Shown here in pieces: positions 62,478 to 64,000 of a DNA stretch of 64,000 nt. Numbering within the stretch: the stretch's first letter is position 1; every line of letters begins with the position of its first letter. The translations under genes and the position numbers were made by a program. Where the stretch lies: assembly GCA_907165135.1 (NCBI GenBank), contig OU015566.1, forward strand, positions 1,054,001 through 1,118,000. Reading direction: 5' to 3'. A model generated the notes under the pieces. It had not been told where the DNA came from. It saw only the letters and a list, made by a program, of their open reading frames with translations, and did not search any database. This stretch comes from Oikopleura dioica (lineage: Eukaryota; Animalia; Chordata).

Positions 62478-62811
62478 TTATTTCTCAAAAATGTGCAAAA
62501 TATTACAAACATTAGTAATTACAGCAACAAACAAAAATACAGTAAGTAAATCAGTAACGATAGTCGTAAAATTCCGGCGATCTTCGTTCCATAAGATGCA
62601 TTTGTCGCCGGAAAGATCGGACATTTCCGAGTCTTCGTTGATGAATCTCATCCATGACAACTCGGCGGAGACCAGGTTCTTGAAATTTTTCGCGGAGAAA
62701 TTGCATGTTTCGCGAGTTTAAACTTGTGTTTCTCATTTCATTCCAGTTTCGGCTCAGCGATCTGGCTGCGGTTAGATTGAAGACAACGAAGAGAATTCTC
62801 AAAAAAATCAT
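62478..62811 (-). CDS. Hypothetical small single-pass membrane protein (tentative)
   Basis: Signal-like MIFLRILFVVFNLTAARS and a downstream exon ending in the hydrophobic IVTDLLTVFLFVAVIT. Confidence 0.4.
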
Positions 62812-63335
62812 TTTCGCTTTTTCTATTTTCTTTTGCTTTATTTTATTTTGTGCTTGTTTTGAGCTTTTGGCCAGCGGAAAGTTGTATTTATTCAAAAACC
62901 CGTTTAATTATGCATTTTACAGCGATCCCAAAGAATTAACGAAAAGCTACGTCGGATTCAGGTGCGAAAGTTTTCCATTGTTTCGGTTGTACGGTTCGTG
63001 ACGTTTCGACGTTTCAGGAAATGAAAAAAAAAACTCAACCAGATGTTTCTTTAGCTTTTTCCTGAAGGATTTCCTATGCGGAGAGCTACGTTTTGAAAAC
63101 GTCGAATTTTTTAATGACGACGTAAAAAGTCAATTTGGAACAAACTTGCTACAAACCAAAATTAAAAAAATATTGCATCAATGATGACAAACTCGCCCTT
63201 TTTCAGTCAAAAAAAAAGTTTGCTGTGTAAATTTCTTCATCGAAGTCAAAATAAATTCAGTACTGATTAGTTGCTCAGTCAGGATTATCGCTTTCGGCCT
63301 AATGGCTGCTCGTTGGTCAGGCTCAGAGAGAGATA

Positions 63336-64000
63336 ATGGCGTGGGAATTTAGCTTGATCAAGGTATTTTTCAACTTTTTCAGCCAAAATTTATCTGAAAA
63401 TTCAAGTCGACGAAAAATGTCGCATTTGAGCAACGCTGCGAAAGAGTCCAGAAATGCTCTCCTTCTTCGATTCAGACTGGATCGCAGCTTACCTACTTGC
63501 CGAAAAGTATTCAAGAGGTGATTCAAGATGCTATGGAAGTAACGATGCAGTGGTACGTCGTCGACTGCCCGAAAAGCAAAAGAGAAGCGCTTGATGACCG
63601 CTGGGAGAAACTAATCGGCATTCTTGTCAGCTCAAACAACGAAATCGGGCAAAAAATATCCGGCCTGTGCGTAAAGGTCTCAGAAGGATTCGACCGCCTG
63701 GCGATTTTGATGGACAAAGTCAGCAAAGAACAACGAGCAGAGAGGTTCAACGAGTTGAGCAAAATGCTCGATCTTTCGAAGGAGGAAAATTTCACGATGA
63801 AGACTTTTGCGAATTTCATGAAAATTCACGGCTGGGAAATTGTTGACAACGCGACCCAAAAAGCGCAAGTGAAGAAAGACCCGAAACAATGGAGAATTCT
63901 AGCGCTGGAAAGAAATGAATCCTGGAGTCAAAAACTCAAGTCGTATAAAAATTCTGACATCAAGGAACACATCGTTTCCGCGGATTTATCACTTGGGGTT
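63336..64000 (+). CDS. Protein with apparently tandem divergent eIF4E-like domains (runs off the window)
   Basis: ATG at 63336, a 44-nt GT-AG intron at 63363-63406, then an open frame to 64000. LDDRWEKLIGILV...ISGLCVKVSEGFDRLAIL aligns by eye to eIF4E LDRFWLETLLCLI...VCGAVVNVRAKGDKIAIW. Confidence 0.7.

Noticed and set aside
1-64000. tRNA, rRNA, snRNA or SL-RNA genes
   Set aside because: None recognised by eye; a tRNAscan/Infernal run would be needed to exclude them.

Overview
Compact, gene-dense animal genomic DNA with mostly 40-70 nt introns, several GA-AG/GC-AG introns and operon-like gene spacing. These traits fit a larvacean tunicate such as Oikopleura dioica (inference). From left to right the window holds: a recently inserted, non-autonomous 5.1-kb LTR element (identical 394-bp LTRs, AGAC target-site duplication) with a strand-specific GCTC-rich interior; an inverted pair of IQ-motif genes around an AQP8-like aquaporin; nested TTAA-bounded MITEs; a catalytically dead astacin-like secreted protein; a probable PIGC-lipase-FBXL6-like operon; two FUS/TAF15-like paralogs; a secreted bacterial-type CIA30 protein; a ~4,536-aa fibrocystin-L-like gene with an 11.9-kb exon, a WxxW insert and C-terminal LRRs instead of a transmembrane helix; a trypsin; a divergent class-A GPCR; an MZB1-like KDEL protein; a GH31 alpha-glucosidase; an EGF/mucin/dead-PLA2 protein whose coding sequence is interrupted by an apparently self-splicing-out MITE; and, cut by the right edge, a protein that appears to be two tandem degenerate eIF4E-like domains. 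All gene models and family calls come from manual translation and recalled motifs; no database searches were run.
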